Shown in pieces: positions 46,534 through 55,601 of a stretch of 64,000 nucleotides of DNA (position 1 is its first letter; every line of letters begins with the position of its first letter). Origin of the DNA: a virus (taxonomy: Duplodnaviria > Caudoviricetes). The translations under genes and the position numbers were made by a program. Location of the stretch: IMG/VR virus record IMGVR_UViG_3300037486_000510, positions 1-64,000 of that record; one strand, 5' to 3'. The notes under the pieces were generated by a model that saw nothing but the letters and a program-made list of their open reading frames with translations, made no database searches and had not been told where the DNA came from.

Positions 46534-49224
46534 TTACGTTATATTATATTTATTCGCTAAATAATTATAGATGGCAGTTTCATCTGCGAGAGAATCTGCT
46601 TTACCACGAAGTATTAATTCTTTAACGTCTATTTGCGCGCCATATCCGGAATATCCTCCGCCTATGGCGATTTCATTCATAGATACAGAATCTATTGAAA
46701 CATCTACACTACTGTTAGCATTATACGTATATTTTGAATTAGCGCCATTAAATAAAACTCTATAAATAGCCCACGAATTTTTGCCATTAGCTAATTCTTC
46801 AGAAAAAGCAGATCCTCCGCGCATTTTTAAACTATCAGGATTACCTGCTACTTGTAAATATACATTTCCATCAAATTGCGCAGGATATGTGTATTCTACC
46901 ATCGTAGGCATTTTCATAACCATATAAGCATATATAGTTATTCCAAGTGATATACTTTCGTTAGATAATATATCATTTCCATCAAAAGACAATCCTTCTA
47001 CAGTATATATAGGTTGATAAGTTTGTGTAGATTCTGTTAAGTGATTGCCAGCGCCAGATAAATCGCTCCACTGCGAAACATAATTACTTGCATCTTTTGT
47101 TATTGTACTTAAATTATCTGTTTTATACCAGCCAAAGGTACTACCATCAAATAAAACTGAAGGCGGAGGACTAACAATATTATACTTCGTTGCTAAATAA
47201 TTATAAATTGCAGTTTCTTGCGCTGGTGTATCTCCTTTACGAAGTATTATTTCTTTATAACTAACATTAGCAGCGACTGTTGCAGATCCAATATAAAAAC
47301 TATTTAATGATCCGCCAGTAGCATTATTTATAGCAGGATCTCCGTTATTACATATAATTTTACTATTTGCACCATTTAATTGCCATCTTAATATCTTCCA
47401 TTCACCTAAAGTAAATTCATTATTATTTAATCCCCATACGCCTTGATAAGCCCAAACACTAGGAGTTGGAGTAGTCTGTTTTAATCGTGGTCCAGCTGGC
47501 GAATTAAAGATTGTATTGCCATCTGTCCATGAATTTTGACGTATAACAGCATATACAAAACAGGGTGTTGTATAAGAAAACAAATCTTGCAATTCATTGT
47601 CTACATCAAGAAAACTAATTCCGCTAGCATCAATTTTTGGCCATGTAGATGCATTAGTCGAAGCTTCAAGATTACGTCCCGAACCAAGAACATCCATCCA
47701 TTTAGATACTGATGAATCTGTTAAAGTAATTGTAGACGGTTGATCATATAAATACCAACCCATTGTACTACCATCAAGTAAAATTGAAGGCGCAGAAACA
47801 GATGTAAATGGATATGTGTTTCCAATTCCATTGTTATATAATCGAGAAATTTCATTAGGTGTTAATGCTTTGTTCCAGATTCCGACTTCATCAATTAACC
47901 CATCAAAAGTATATACGCTATCCCATCCGTCATTTCTCGCTCCTATCCATTTAGAAGCCGCTCCGCTATTTACACTAATATCTTTACTTTCAATTTCTGA
48001 AGATCCATTAACATAATAAACTATATTATTTATAGATGTATCATGATTGTATGTCGCAACAACATGATACCAAGTTCCGCTGTTTATTGATATATCACAA
48101 GTTCCTCCGAATGTTTCGCCTTCTACTCTCAGTTTAAGATAATCTCCCTCATATGATATTACATTCAAATGAGCGCTATAACCATCACCCCCGATAATGC
48201 CGTGTATCGATCCGCTTGTAGGTATAACATTTGGATATATCCATGCTGAAAATGAAAAATTCTTATTATAAAATTCAAGATCAGAATCGCTTGTAGCTAT
48301 AAGATAATCATTATTAGCATGCTCAAATAATCCCGCTTTTCCTATTTTGCCAGTTGAATTAAGAATTACTCCATTATTAGTAACAATATGATGACCTCCT
48401 ATACTATCTTGAGGTAATCCAGAAGTTTCATCTAATTTCCAATATGAAACTATATTTTTAAGTAATGAATCTGCAATTGCAAATGGATATGCATTTCCAT
48501 TTCCTCCATTGTATAATTCAGCAACTTCTGTGGATGTTAATGCTCTATTCCAAATTCCGACTTCGTCTATGTAGCCACCAAATTGAATATCATCTGCGCC
48601 CGTTCTGTTACCTATAACAAATTGATCTTCGACACAATAAATAATTTTGTGTTTCCACAGATTACTTGTATTATTTAAATTTCCATCTACATATATCTTT
48701 GCATAATTGCCATCAAAAGTGCATACGATTAAATGCCAATTATCATCATCCATTTCATTAGTAGTCCAAGTATTGCAAGTACCATCTTCATAATTTCCTT
48801 CTCTTACAATCCATACTAATAATCCAGTATCGGTTATACATAAATCGTATCCATATACATTAAGATCTTCTACATGCGTATTAAAATTGGTTACTACTCC
48901 TCCGTACGCAGATACATTATTGCATTTTATCCAACAAGATATAGAAATATTTTCGTATTCGTGCATATTTGAGGAATATGCCTTTTGATAATTTGTGTTA
49001 TTAAATAAATAACTTGTTTCTATTTTTCCAGAATATCCTTGTGATACGTCTAGCACTGCTAACTGATTTGTTCCAAACGAATCTAGCGCAGAAGAATCCT
49101 GAACATCATCTAATTTATAATACCCCTTTAAACCATAGAACAAAGTAGATCTTCGGATTGCTATTTTTGATCCTCCTGGCATTGCTATCATTTTGCCATC
49201 ACTTCTATTTAATACGTAACTCAC
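46534..49224 (-). CDS. LamG x2 plus duplicated ConA-like domain protein
   Basis: Two YxKLD...IDEVGIWN.AL units; two PS(I/V)L(L/F)DGST.GWY units. Confidence 0.75.
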   Translation of the reverse strand: MSYVLNRSDGKMIAMPGGSKIAIRRSTLFYGLKGYYKLDDVQDSSALDSFGTNQLAVLDVSQGYSGKIETSYLFNNTNYQKAYSSNMHEYENISISCWIKCNNVSAYGGVVTNFNTHVEDLNVYGYDLCITDTGLLVWIVREGNYEDGTCNTWTTNEMDDDNWHLIVCTFDGNYAKIYVDGNLNNTSNLWKHKIIYCVEDQFVIGNRTGADDIQFGGYIDEVGIWNRALTSTEVAELYNGGNGNAYPFAIADSLLKNIVSYWKLDETSGLPQDSIGGHHIVTNNGVILNSTGKIGKAGLFEHANNDYLIATSDSDLEFYNKNFSFSAWIYPNVIPTSGSIHGIIGGDGYSAHLNVISYEGDYLKLRVEGETFGGTCDISINSGTWYHVVATYNHDTSINNIVYYVNGSSEIESKDISVNSGAASKWIGARNDGWDSVYTFDGLIDEVGIWNKALTPNEISRLYNNGIGNTYPFTSVSAPSILLDGSTMGWYLYDQPSTITLTDSSVSKWMDVLGSGRNLEASTNASTWPKIDASGISFLDVDNELQDLFSYTTPCFVYAVIRQNSWTDGNTIFNSPAGPRLKQTTPTPSVWAYQGVWGLNNNEFTLGEWKILRWQLNGANSKIICNNGDPAINNATGGSLNSFYIGSATVAANVSYKEIILRKGDTPAQETAIYNYLATKYNIVSPPPSVLFDGSTFGWYKTDNLSTITKDASNYVSQWSDLSGAGNHLTESTQTYQPIYTVEGLSFDGNDILSNESISLGITIYAYMVMKMPTMVEYTYPAQFDGNVYLQVAGNPDSLKMRGGSAFSEELANGKNSWAIYRVLFNGANSKYTYNANSSVDVSIDSVSMNEIAIGGGYSGYGAQIDVKELILRGKADSLADETAIYNYLANKYNIT

Positions 49225-49238
49225 TTTCTATTTTTATT

Positions 49239-49994
49239 TTATGTAATAAATGGATATGATAACCCAATTCCATTATTATATAATGTAGATACTTCTGTAG
49301 GAGATAAAGCTCTATTCCAAATAGCTGCCTCATCTAAATATCCAGTATAATCGTATCCCGGAGTAGAACTAAAACTTAATTTTATAGCATTCGTGGTTGA
49401 TAAATTAATACCTGTTGTTACTCCTTGTGGATCATAAGATACATTATCTACATAAAATTTTGCCGAAGAATCCCTATCAACAACAGCAATCGCTAAATGC
49501 CAATTACCATCTTGCCATCCAGTTCCTGAATGTAAAAATAATGTGTCACTTGAATCAGCATCATTTAGATAAAGTGCCAGATTTTTAGTTTCATCAAACC
49601 AAATACCCCACCCTTTCCAAGTTCCCTCATATTTTGAGAACAAATTTTGATTTGCAAGATCAGCAGATGTCTTAAACCAAATAGAAAAACTAAAATCTTG
49701 ATAATGACCAAAGTTAAATTCTGTTAAATTGCCAAAAGTTATATAATCGTGTACGGCACGATCAAAATAAATGGATTTGCCTATTTTACCATTTTGATTC
49801 AAGTCAGCACCACTTACTGTTCCTTCGTAATCTGATATTTCATCAAATACATTACCACTTGTTTCATCTAATTTCCAATAAGCTGTTAATCCGCTAAGCA
49901 AAGATAATTCAGAAGGCTGTGAAAATATTATATTACCTCCAGTACTTCCTAATATTATATGTTTTCCATCGCTTCCGCGAATTACATAGCTCAT
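49239..49994 (-). CDS. Single LamG-domain protein
   Basis: LTAYWKLDE...YLDEAAIWNRALS...YPF. Confidence 0.75.
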   Translation of the reverse strand: MSYVIRGSDGKHIILGSTGGNIIFSQPSELSLLSGLTAYWKLDETSGNVFDEISDYEGTVSGADLNQNGKIGKSIYFDRAVHDYITFGNLTEFNFGHYQDFSFSIWFKTSADLANQNLFSKYEGTWKGWGIWFDETKNLALYLNDADSSDTLFLHSGTGWQDGNWHLAIAVVDRDSSAKFYVDNVSYDPQGVTTGINLSTTNAIKLSFSSTPGYDYTGYLDEAAIWNRALSPTEVSTLYNNGIGLSYPFIT

Positions 49995-50004
49995 TACACA
50001 CCAT

Positions 50005-50018
50005 TTTATTTATATATT
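50005..50018 (-). promoter_or_regulatory. Late-promoter-like motif AATATATAAATAAA
   Basis: Contains TATAAATA; 10 nt before the 49994 start. Confidence 0.6.
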
Positions 50019-50076
50019 TCAGTTAAAAATATACAAGAGCAGATTACTATAAAATGTTATTAAATTTTAGAATTTA

Positions 50077-50406
50077 TTAATATACTGATACATCAGTTAT
50101 TAATCCATTTAAAACTGTTATGTGTGTTGAACCATCCACGATAAATGTTCCTGAATAAGTAGAAGTATCCTCATTTAATTGAGTAATATTTCTTTTTACT
50201 ATAACATCATCAGCTATAAGAGTAACAAATTCTCCTGTAGCGCCCTTTACTCTACCAGTAGTGTTTACTGGCTTTATGAGAATTCCCCCTGAAGTACTAG
50301 CATCATAAAATAAATTCAAATAATTTTGAAACACTCTATTATTATAATCATAAATAGAAGGAAAGTCTGGTATCATTGAAGTTAAGAATACATTTTTCAA
50401 GTCCAT
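50077..50406 (-). CDS. Hypothetical virion-associated protein
   Basis: 109 aa; promoter motif GATATATAAAATAAA at 50422..50436. Confidence 0.55.
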   Translation of the reverse strand: MDLKNVFLTSMIPDFPSIYDYNNRVFQNYLNLFYDASTSGGILIKPVNTTGRVKGATGEFVTLIADDVIVKRNITQLNEDTSTYSGTFIVDGSTHITVLNGLITDVSVY

Positions 50407-50544
50407 GATAAATAAGTTTTATTTATTTTATATATCTTTTAATTTTGGATTACTATCTTAATATAAATATGAAAATGGTCTTTTTTTAATAAAATATATA
50501 AGATATAATAATTATATATTTTTAACCCTTTAAACTAAAATAAT

Positions 50545-51789
50545 ATGACACCAGAAATCCTTAATGAATTCAGTTGGGAAATGTATGACGACGGATATAA
50601 TGGGAGCACTAAATTAACTCCTAATAAATCTATTAATGGTAATTCCGTACAAAATAAATGTTTTTCTAGAGAGCCATACGCTCAAAAACTTTTTGATATT
50701 TATACTCATCAAGATTCTAATTTAATTAAAAAAGATCTTAAAAAGGGAGACGTCGTGTTAATTACTGACATTTTTAACGTCAAAGATAATTTTATAGATG
50801 TTGAATTAGCCGGAGGATTGACAGTTACGGTTGATTTACTTCGAGAGAAAAAATTCATACAAGTATTTGGATACACAGCAATAAAAGAATTTGTAGATTA
50901 TTTACGAGATAAAAACAATGTAAAAGAATTTATAGCAAAGGGATTAAATGCTTATATTCTTGAAGCTGTTCCTTCAGTCAAAATTTCATTATGGCAAGGT
51001 CATCTTAAATCTGTAAGAGATGAATTTATGGAACAAATTTCGAATCCCACAACAGCATATAAAGCAAAAGTGTTTGAAGCAAATAAGGGCGGATTCTTTG
51101 TAGAAGTTCAAGGAATAGAAGCATTTATGCCAGGTTCTTTAGCCGCTCCAAATAAAATTATAGATTTTCAATCATATATTGGAAAAGAAATCATTGTAAT
51201 GATAGAAGATTTCTTAAAAGAAATGAATTCATTTATAGTATCTCATAAAAAATATTTGAATCATATTCTTCCTATTAAAACACAAGAATTAAGTTTATCT
51301 AAAAAGTATACGGGGCTTGTAACGGGGTGTTCAAAATATGGAATATTTGTCGAATTTGACGAATTATTTACTGGATTGCTTCATACATCAAAAATGGATG
51401 AAGAAACTAAGATTAAATTTAATGCAAGAAATATTAAGTCTGGCGATGAAATAGAATTTTATATATCAGAAATAACTAAAGATAATAGAATTATTTTAAC
51501 TAAAGAAAGCCCCGAAGATAAATTGAATAAACTTCAAACATTTATATTAAATTCAAAGGATAAAATATTAGAATCTAGTGTTGCTGCTGTAATGAATTTT
51601 GGTGTAATTATAAATACAGGTGAAGTTAACGGCTTAGTAGTTATTAAAGAATTTAAGAAGAATAAAATAATGGCGAATAATTTCGTGTCAGGAGATAAAA
51701 TAAATGTTGTCTTTGATGAAATACGGGATGACAAACTTTTATTTCGATTGCCCACTAAAGAAGATTATGATAAAAATAAATTACTATAA
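50545..51789 (+). CDS. Ribosomal protein S1 (bS1)-like multi-S1-domain protein
   Basis: About four S1/OB repeats: KGGFFVEVQGIEAFMPGS, KYGIFVEFDELFTGLLHTSKM, NFGVIINTGEVNGLV. Confidence 0.85.
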   Translation: MTPEILNEFSWEMYDDGYNGSTKLTPNKSINGNSVQNKCFSREPYAQKLFDIYTHQDSNLIKKDLKKGDVVLITDIFNVKDNFIDVELAGGLTVTVDLLREKKFIQVFGYTAIKEFVDYLRDKNNVKEFIAKGLNAYILEAVPSVKISLWQGHLKSVRDEFMEQISNPTTAYKAKVFEANKGGFFVEVQGIEAFMPGSLAAPNKIIDFQSYIGKEIIVMIEDFLKEMNSFIVSHKKYLNHILPIKTQELSLSKKYTGLVTGCSKYGIFVEFDELFTGLLHTSKMDEETKIKFNARNIKSGDEIEFYISEITKDNRIILTKESPEDKLNKLQTFILNSKDKILESSVAAVMNFGVIINTGEVNGLVVIKEFKKNKIMANNFVSGDKINVVFDEIRDDKLLFRLPTKEDYDKNKLL

Positions 51790-51821
51790 TTATCTTAATA
51801 TTACATAATGAAATATTATTT

Positions 51822-51852
51822 AAAGGAGTTTTTATCGTAAAGCTCCTTTTTT
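51822..51852 (+). terminator. Rho-independent terminator
   Basis: AAAGGAGTTT...AAAGCTCCTTT stem and T-tract after the S1-like gene. Confidence 0.7.
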
Positions 51853-51855
51853 ATT

Positions 51856-51871
51856 GAATATATAAAATAAA
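51856..51871 (+). promoter_or_regulatory. Late-promoter-like motif GAATATATAAAATAAA
   Basis: Exact copy abutting the 51873 start. Confidence 0.65.
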
Positions 51872-51872
51872 A

Positions 51873-52622
51873 ATGAAAAAGAATATTCAATTCTTTTATG
51901 TTTATTTAATTACTAATGTTATTTTAAATAAACAGTATATTGGAAGTAGATTGTGTTACAAAAATAAAATAGAAGACGATATTTATTGGAGTTCAAGTAA
52001 ATATGTTAAAATGGATATAAAAACATATGGAATAAAAACTTTTACTAAAAAAATTATAAAAGATGATTATAAAAATGCTGTTGATATGTTAGAGGGAGAA
52101 ACTGAAAATATTTTAAAATATAATACACTGGAACCTAATGGATATAATAGAAGTTTACCCGGGGAAAATATAAAATTTTACACTGGAGGTAATCACCTTA
52201 GTAAAAAAACTAAAGAAAAAATAAGTATAAAATTAAAAGGGAAAAAGCGAAGTACGGGAATGTTTGGTAAAAAACATACAGAGGAATCAAAAAGAAAAAT
52301 GTCCGAGTCATTAAAAAAACAAATAAAAACTAAAGAACATAAAATAAAATTAAGCAAATCTTTAACTGGAATTAAAAGATCAGAGGAAACTCGAAAAAAA
52401 ATGAGTAGTTCTAAACAGGGAATATCTTTATCAGAAGAACATAAAATTCATCTCAGAGAATCAATAAAAAAATCGAAAAGACGCAATTATTGTAAACGGG
52501 GTTCATATATAAGACATAAAAAAGATTTAATATGTCCGCATTGCGGAAAACTAATTGCTCCGAATATGTATATGAGATGGCACGGTGATAATTGCAAAAA
52601 TAATATTTTATTGAATATATAA
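51873..52622 (+). CDS. GIY-YIG homing endonuclease with NUMOD3-like repeats
   Basis: FYVYLITN...QYIGSR, NGYN, MFGKKHTEESKRKMSES repeats, C-terminal CPHCG. Confidence 0.85.
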   Translation: MKKNIQFFYVYLITNVILNKQYIGSRLCYKNKIEDDIYWSSSKYVKMDIKTYGIKTFTKKIIKDDYKNAVDMLEGETENILKYNTLEPNGYNRSLPGENIKFYTGGNHLSKKTKEKISIKLKGKKRSTGMFGKKHTEESKRKMSESLKKQIKTKEHKIKLSKSLTGIKRSEETRKKMSSSKQGISLSEEHKIHLRESIKKSKRRNYCKRGSYIRHKKDLICPHCGKLIAPNMYMRWHGDNCKNNILLNI

Positions 52623-52628
52623 AATAAA
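52613..52628 (+). promoter_or_regulatory. Late-promoter-like motif GAATATATAAAATAAA
   Basis: Exact copy 10 nt before the 52639 start. Confidence 0.65.
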
Positions 52629-52638
52629 TGCTTAATTA

Positions 52639-52950
52639 ATGAGAGCCAAACTTATAGATGAGAAGTTTACAAAAGATTCCGATCCAATAAAAGATCTGAA
52701 AATAGGATATAAAAATTATTATGATTATGCTGAAAAAGTGTTAAAAAAATATAATTTAAATCCGGAAGATTTTACACTATTTCTTTATGATGTTTATCGC
52801 AATTTTCCCGTAGATGGAGTACTTGATCAAATGTTTGAAATTCTTGAGCATACTCCATTGGAATATCAAGTAGACTACATAAGTAGTAATCTATATCATT
52901 TTATGGTAGAAGAAGGCGTCGATGAAAATGAAGCTATAAAAGAAGTATAA
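52639..52950 (+). CDS. Leader-family hypothetical protein
   Basis: Begins MRAKLIDEKFTKDSDPIKDLKIG. Confidence 0.65.
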   Translation: MRAKLIDEKFTKDSDPIKDLKIGYKNYYDYAEKVLKKYNLNPEDFTLFLYDVYRNFPVDGVLDQMFEILEHTPLEYQVDYISSNLYHFMVEEGVDENEAIKEV

Positions 52951-52968
52951 AAATAAAAAATAAAAGAA

Positions 52969-54396
52969 ATGAAAAAGGCAAAGAGTTATTCAATTTTGGA
53001 AGTGTGTAATTGGGCAGATATAGGTATCATATGGGAATTTTATTCAACAAAAGAATCTGCGTTTATCGTATCTGATCTTTCAAAATGCACATCTAAAAAT
53101 ATTATACTTACAAATGAAACTATTTATCATCCTTCATATTCAAATGCTATTTTAATAAGAGAATATGAAGCAACAAAATCTCGTTATCAATTTCACATAG
53201 CGCCCCAAAATTATCATTCAATATTGCCTTTAATTGATAGTGTAACTACATGGATAGCAGAAAGCGCAGAAACATCTCATGATACTCAGTTAAAGATATC
53301 CTTATCTTTTAATCATCGTCATTTAGATACACTCTCAAGCATATCTAACATGAATCCCAGTAGATTGATATTAAAATTTGATGAAAATTTCGTATATTCA
53401 AGATTTCCTGAACAACAAAAATCTCCATATGCGTTATCAATTAAAAAATTAGCTACTCCAGTATCTAATTATATAAATGAAACTGAAATAGAAAAAAATA
53501 TTAATTATATTCTTACAACACCTCAATCTGAATACTATGGAATTAATTTTTCTAATTATACAAGAGGAATATTGGAGTGTAATTATATAGGTGGTCGAGA
53601 TTATGCATCAAAAGCAAAAGAAATTAAAGAAATTTTGGAATATTTTATAATAAAATCATATCAAAGTTTAAATGAAGAAGATCATGATGAATTTGAGAAA
53701 TATGAAATAAAAAAGATGGGAGCAAGATTTAGTAAAATTCAAATGGCATATTATGATCCTGAAATATTTATAAATGAATATAAAGATTTAAAAATATATG
53801 TAGATTTAAAAACTTCTGACCAAATTATTAAAACTTTTTGGAATACATTAAGAAAACCTTTATTTGAAATGATATTAAATGGTAATTTGCAAAAAGGCAT
53901 AATTAACTATGATGCAGATTTAGGCATATTTCAATTAAAGAAAACTAAAATTCAGGGAACTTATTTAAAAAACGTTGATTTTGTTAATTGCGAAGTATCT
54001 GGAATATTTGAAAGTTGTACGTTTATAAGTACTGAAATAACAAATTCACGAATTTATAATTCAAAATTTATAAAAGGAAATAAGATAATTAATTCTTATC
54101 TTGAAGGAGCCAGTGTTAATAAAGAAAATGAAATTACAAAATGTTATGTGATAAATGAAGAAGAAATAATCAATTGTCCTATAAAAGAAAGCGTTATTAA
54201 ATTTGCTACTCCAGGAAAAAATATTACATTAGATGAACACAGCACAATAGTGGTTACACAAATGCCGCTATCTAAAAAAACTGATGCTATTCAAGTTGAA
54301 GAACTAAGAGATTACGCATGGATTAAAGAAATGAATAAATCAGAAGACAAGGGATATCAAAATGCTTATGATAGAAATAAATATTTAAAAAAATGA
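52969..54396 (+). CDS. Amidoligase-like protein (degenerate) with C-terminal pentapeptide-like beta-helix
   Basis: IGIIWEFY, LKISLSF, YYGINF, LECNYIGG.DY follow the amidoligase pattern with substitutions. Confidence 0.45.
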   Translation: MKKAKSYSILEVCNWADIGIIWEFYSTKESAFIVSDLSKCTSKNIILTNETIYHPSYSNAILIREYEATKSRYQFHIAPQNYHSILPLIDSVTTWIAESAETSHDTQLKISLSFNHRHLDTLSSISNMNPSRLILKFDENFVYSRFPEQQKSPYALSIKKLATPVSNYINETEIEKNINYILTTPQSEYYGINFSNYTRGILECNYIGGRDYASKAKEIKEILEYFIIKSYQSLNEEDHDEFEKYEIKKMGARFSKIQMAYYDPEIFINEYKDLKIYVDLKTSDQIIKTFWNTLRKPLFEMILNGNLQKGIINYDADLGIFQLKKTKIQGTYLKNVDFVNCEVSGIFESCTFISTEITNSRIYNSKFIKGNKIINSYLEGASVNKENEITKCYVINEEEIINCPIKESVIKFATPGKNITLDEHSTIVVTQMPLSKKTDAIQVEELRDYAWIKEMNKSEDKGYQNAYDRNKYLKK

Positions 54397-55127
54397 CTAA
54401 ACAAGAATTAATAGATTATGTCAATAGAGAAATAACTGCATCTGCAGCGATTCCATTTTCTGTTCCTCCTATAGAAATCGAAAGAATAATTGATTTGGAA
54501 CAAAGATGGATGTATAGAGAGTATAGAGACGCTGTTCAAGATGCATGGTATGTATTAGATAAACATTATTATCTTACTGATGAGTGGAAACATACAAGAA
54601 CCTTTCAATTACCTCCTTGCGTTTTAGCAATTAGATATGTGTATGAAATGACGTCGGGCCAAAGAGTTTTTGGTATACATGATCCAGATTTAACGTTTGA
54701 TAGATTAATGGCTGCGGATCTTTATTTAACTCCATTATCTTCAGATCAAATAACTTATAGAACAATTCAATGGAGTTTTTGGGATTTAGCAAAACAATTC
54801 AACTTAAAAGATATTCAGCATCATTTTAATATTAATACGCATAGATTAATTATTACTGGTAGAGATCCTGCTGAATCTCTTTGGGTAACAACATTAAATG
54901 AAATACCAAAGGAAGATTTATATGAAGATCCAGTTTTTATAAAATGGATAATCGCAAAAGCTAAAATACAATTAGCAAGAATTATAGGAACATTTAATTA
55001 TACACTTATCGGTGGCGTACAAATTAATTATGCAGATATACGAGCTGAAGGAAAAGAAGAATTAACAGAACTTAAAGAAAAAATTAGAACCGATAGTCCT
55101 GCCGACTGGTTTATGATGATCTCGTAA
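54393..55127 (+). CDS. Neck/head-completion protein (T4 gp13-like)
   Basis: C-terminal LIGGVQINYADIRAEGKEELTEL matches the gp13-family pattern. Confidence 0.65.
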   Translation: MTKQELIDYVNREITASAAIPFSVPPIEIERIIDLEQRWMYREYRDAVQDAWYVLDKHYYLTDEWKHTRTFQLPPCVLAIRYVYEMTSGQRVFGIHDPDLTFDRLMAADLYLTPLSSDQITYRTIQWSFWDLAKQFNLKDIQHHFNINTHRLIITGRDPAESLWVTTLNEIPKEDLYEDPVFIKWIIAKAKIQLARIIGTFNYTLIGGVQINYADIRAEGKEELTELKEKIRTDSPADWFMMIS

Positions 55128-55175
55128 AATTATTTTTAAAAAATAGCTACTTCTGTATATAACAGATTAAAAAAT

Positions 55176-55200
55176 AAGGGAGAATGTCTCCCTTTCGTTT
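55176..55200 (+). terminator. Rho-independent terminator
   Basis: AAGGGAGA-ATG-TCTCCCTT then TCGTTT. Confidence 0.65.
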
Positions 55201-55207
55201 TATAGAA

Positions 55208-55223
55208 GATATATAAAATAAAA
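55208..55223 (+). promoter_or_regulatory. Late-promoter-like motif GATATATAAAATAAAA
   Basis: Just before the 55229 start. Confidence 0.6.
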
Positions 55224-55228
55224 AGTAA

Positions 55229-55591
55229 ATGATTAAAGAAATCTACACTAGAAATCCCGAAGATCCCAATTTTCAATATGGTATTTTGGAGCATTCAGAT
55301 ACAGTAGAGTCTATTATTACTAAAGCAAAAATGATATTAGGCACTAGACAAGGTCAAACAATAGGTGATTTAAATTTTGGTGTAGGCTTAGAAGATTTAA
55401 TCTTTGAAACGAGAGTAAACAAAAATCAATTAGAAGAAAAAATTATATCGCAATTTAATCAATATATATCTGAAACTAAAGATTATAAAGTTGTACCTCA
55501 AGTTTCTTTTGGAAAAGCGGAGGGGTACGATTATGCTATAATAGACATTTATATAAATGATCAACGTACTATAGGAATTTTAGTAAAATAA
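55229..55591 (+). CDS. Baseplate wedge gp25-like protein
   Basis: ILGTRQGQ..GD.NFGVGLEDLIFE pattern, 120 aa. Confidence 0.75.
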   Translation: MIKEIYTRNPEDPNFQYGILEHSDTVESIITKAKMILGTRQGQTIGDLNFGVGLEDLIFETRVNKNQLEEKIISQFNQYISETKDYKVVPQVSFGKAEGYDYAIIDIYINDQRTIGILVK

Positions 55592-55601
55592 TAAAAAATA
55601 A

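Noticed and set aside
51849-52628. 23-bp direct repeat flanking the GIY-YIG gene read as a target-site duplication
   Set aside because: The same 23-mer occurs at 3748..3770 with no endonuclease, so it is better explained as the common promoter motif. Insertion at a promoter cannot be excluded without an empty allele.
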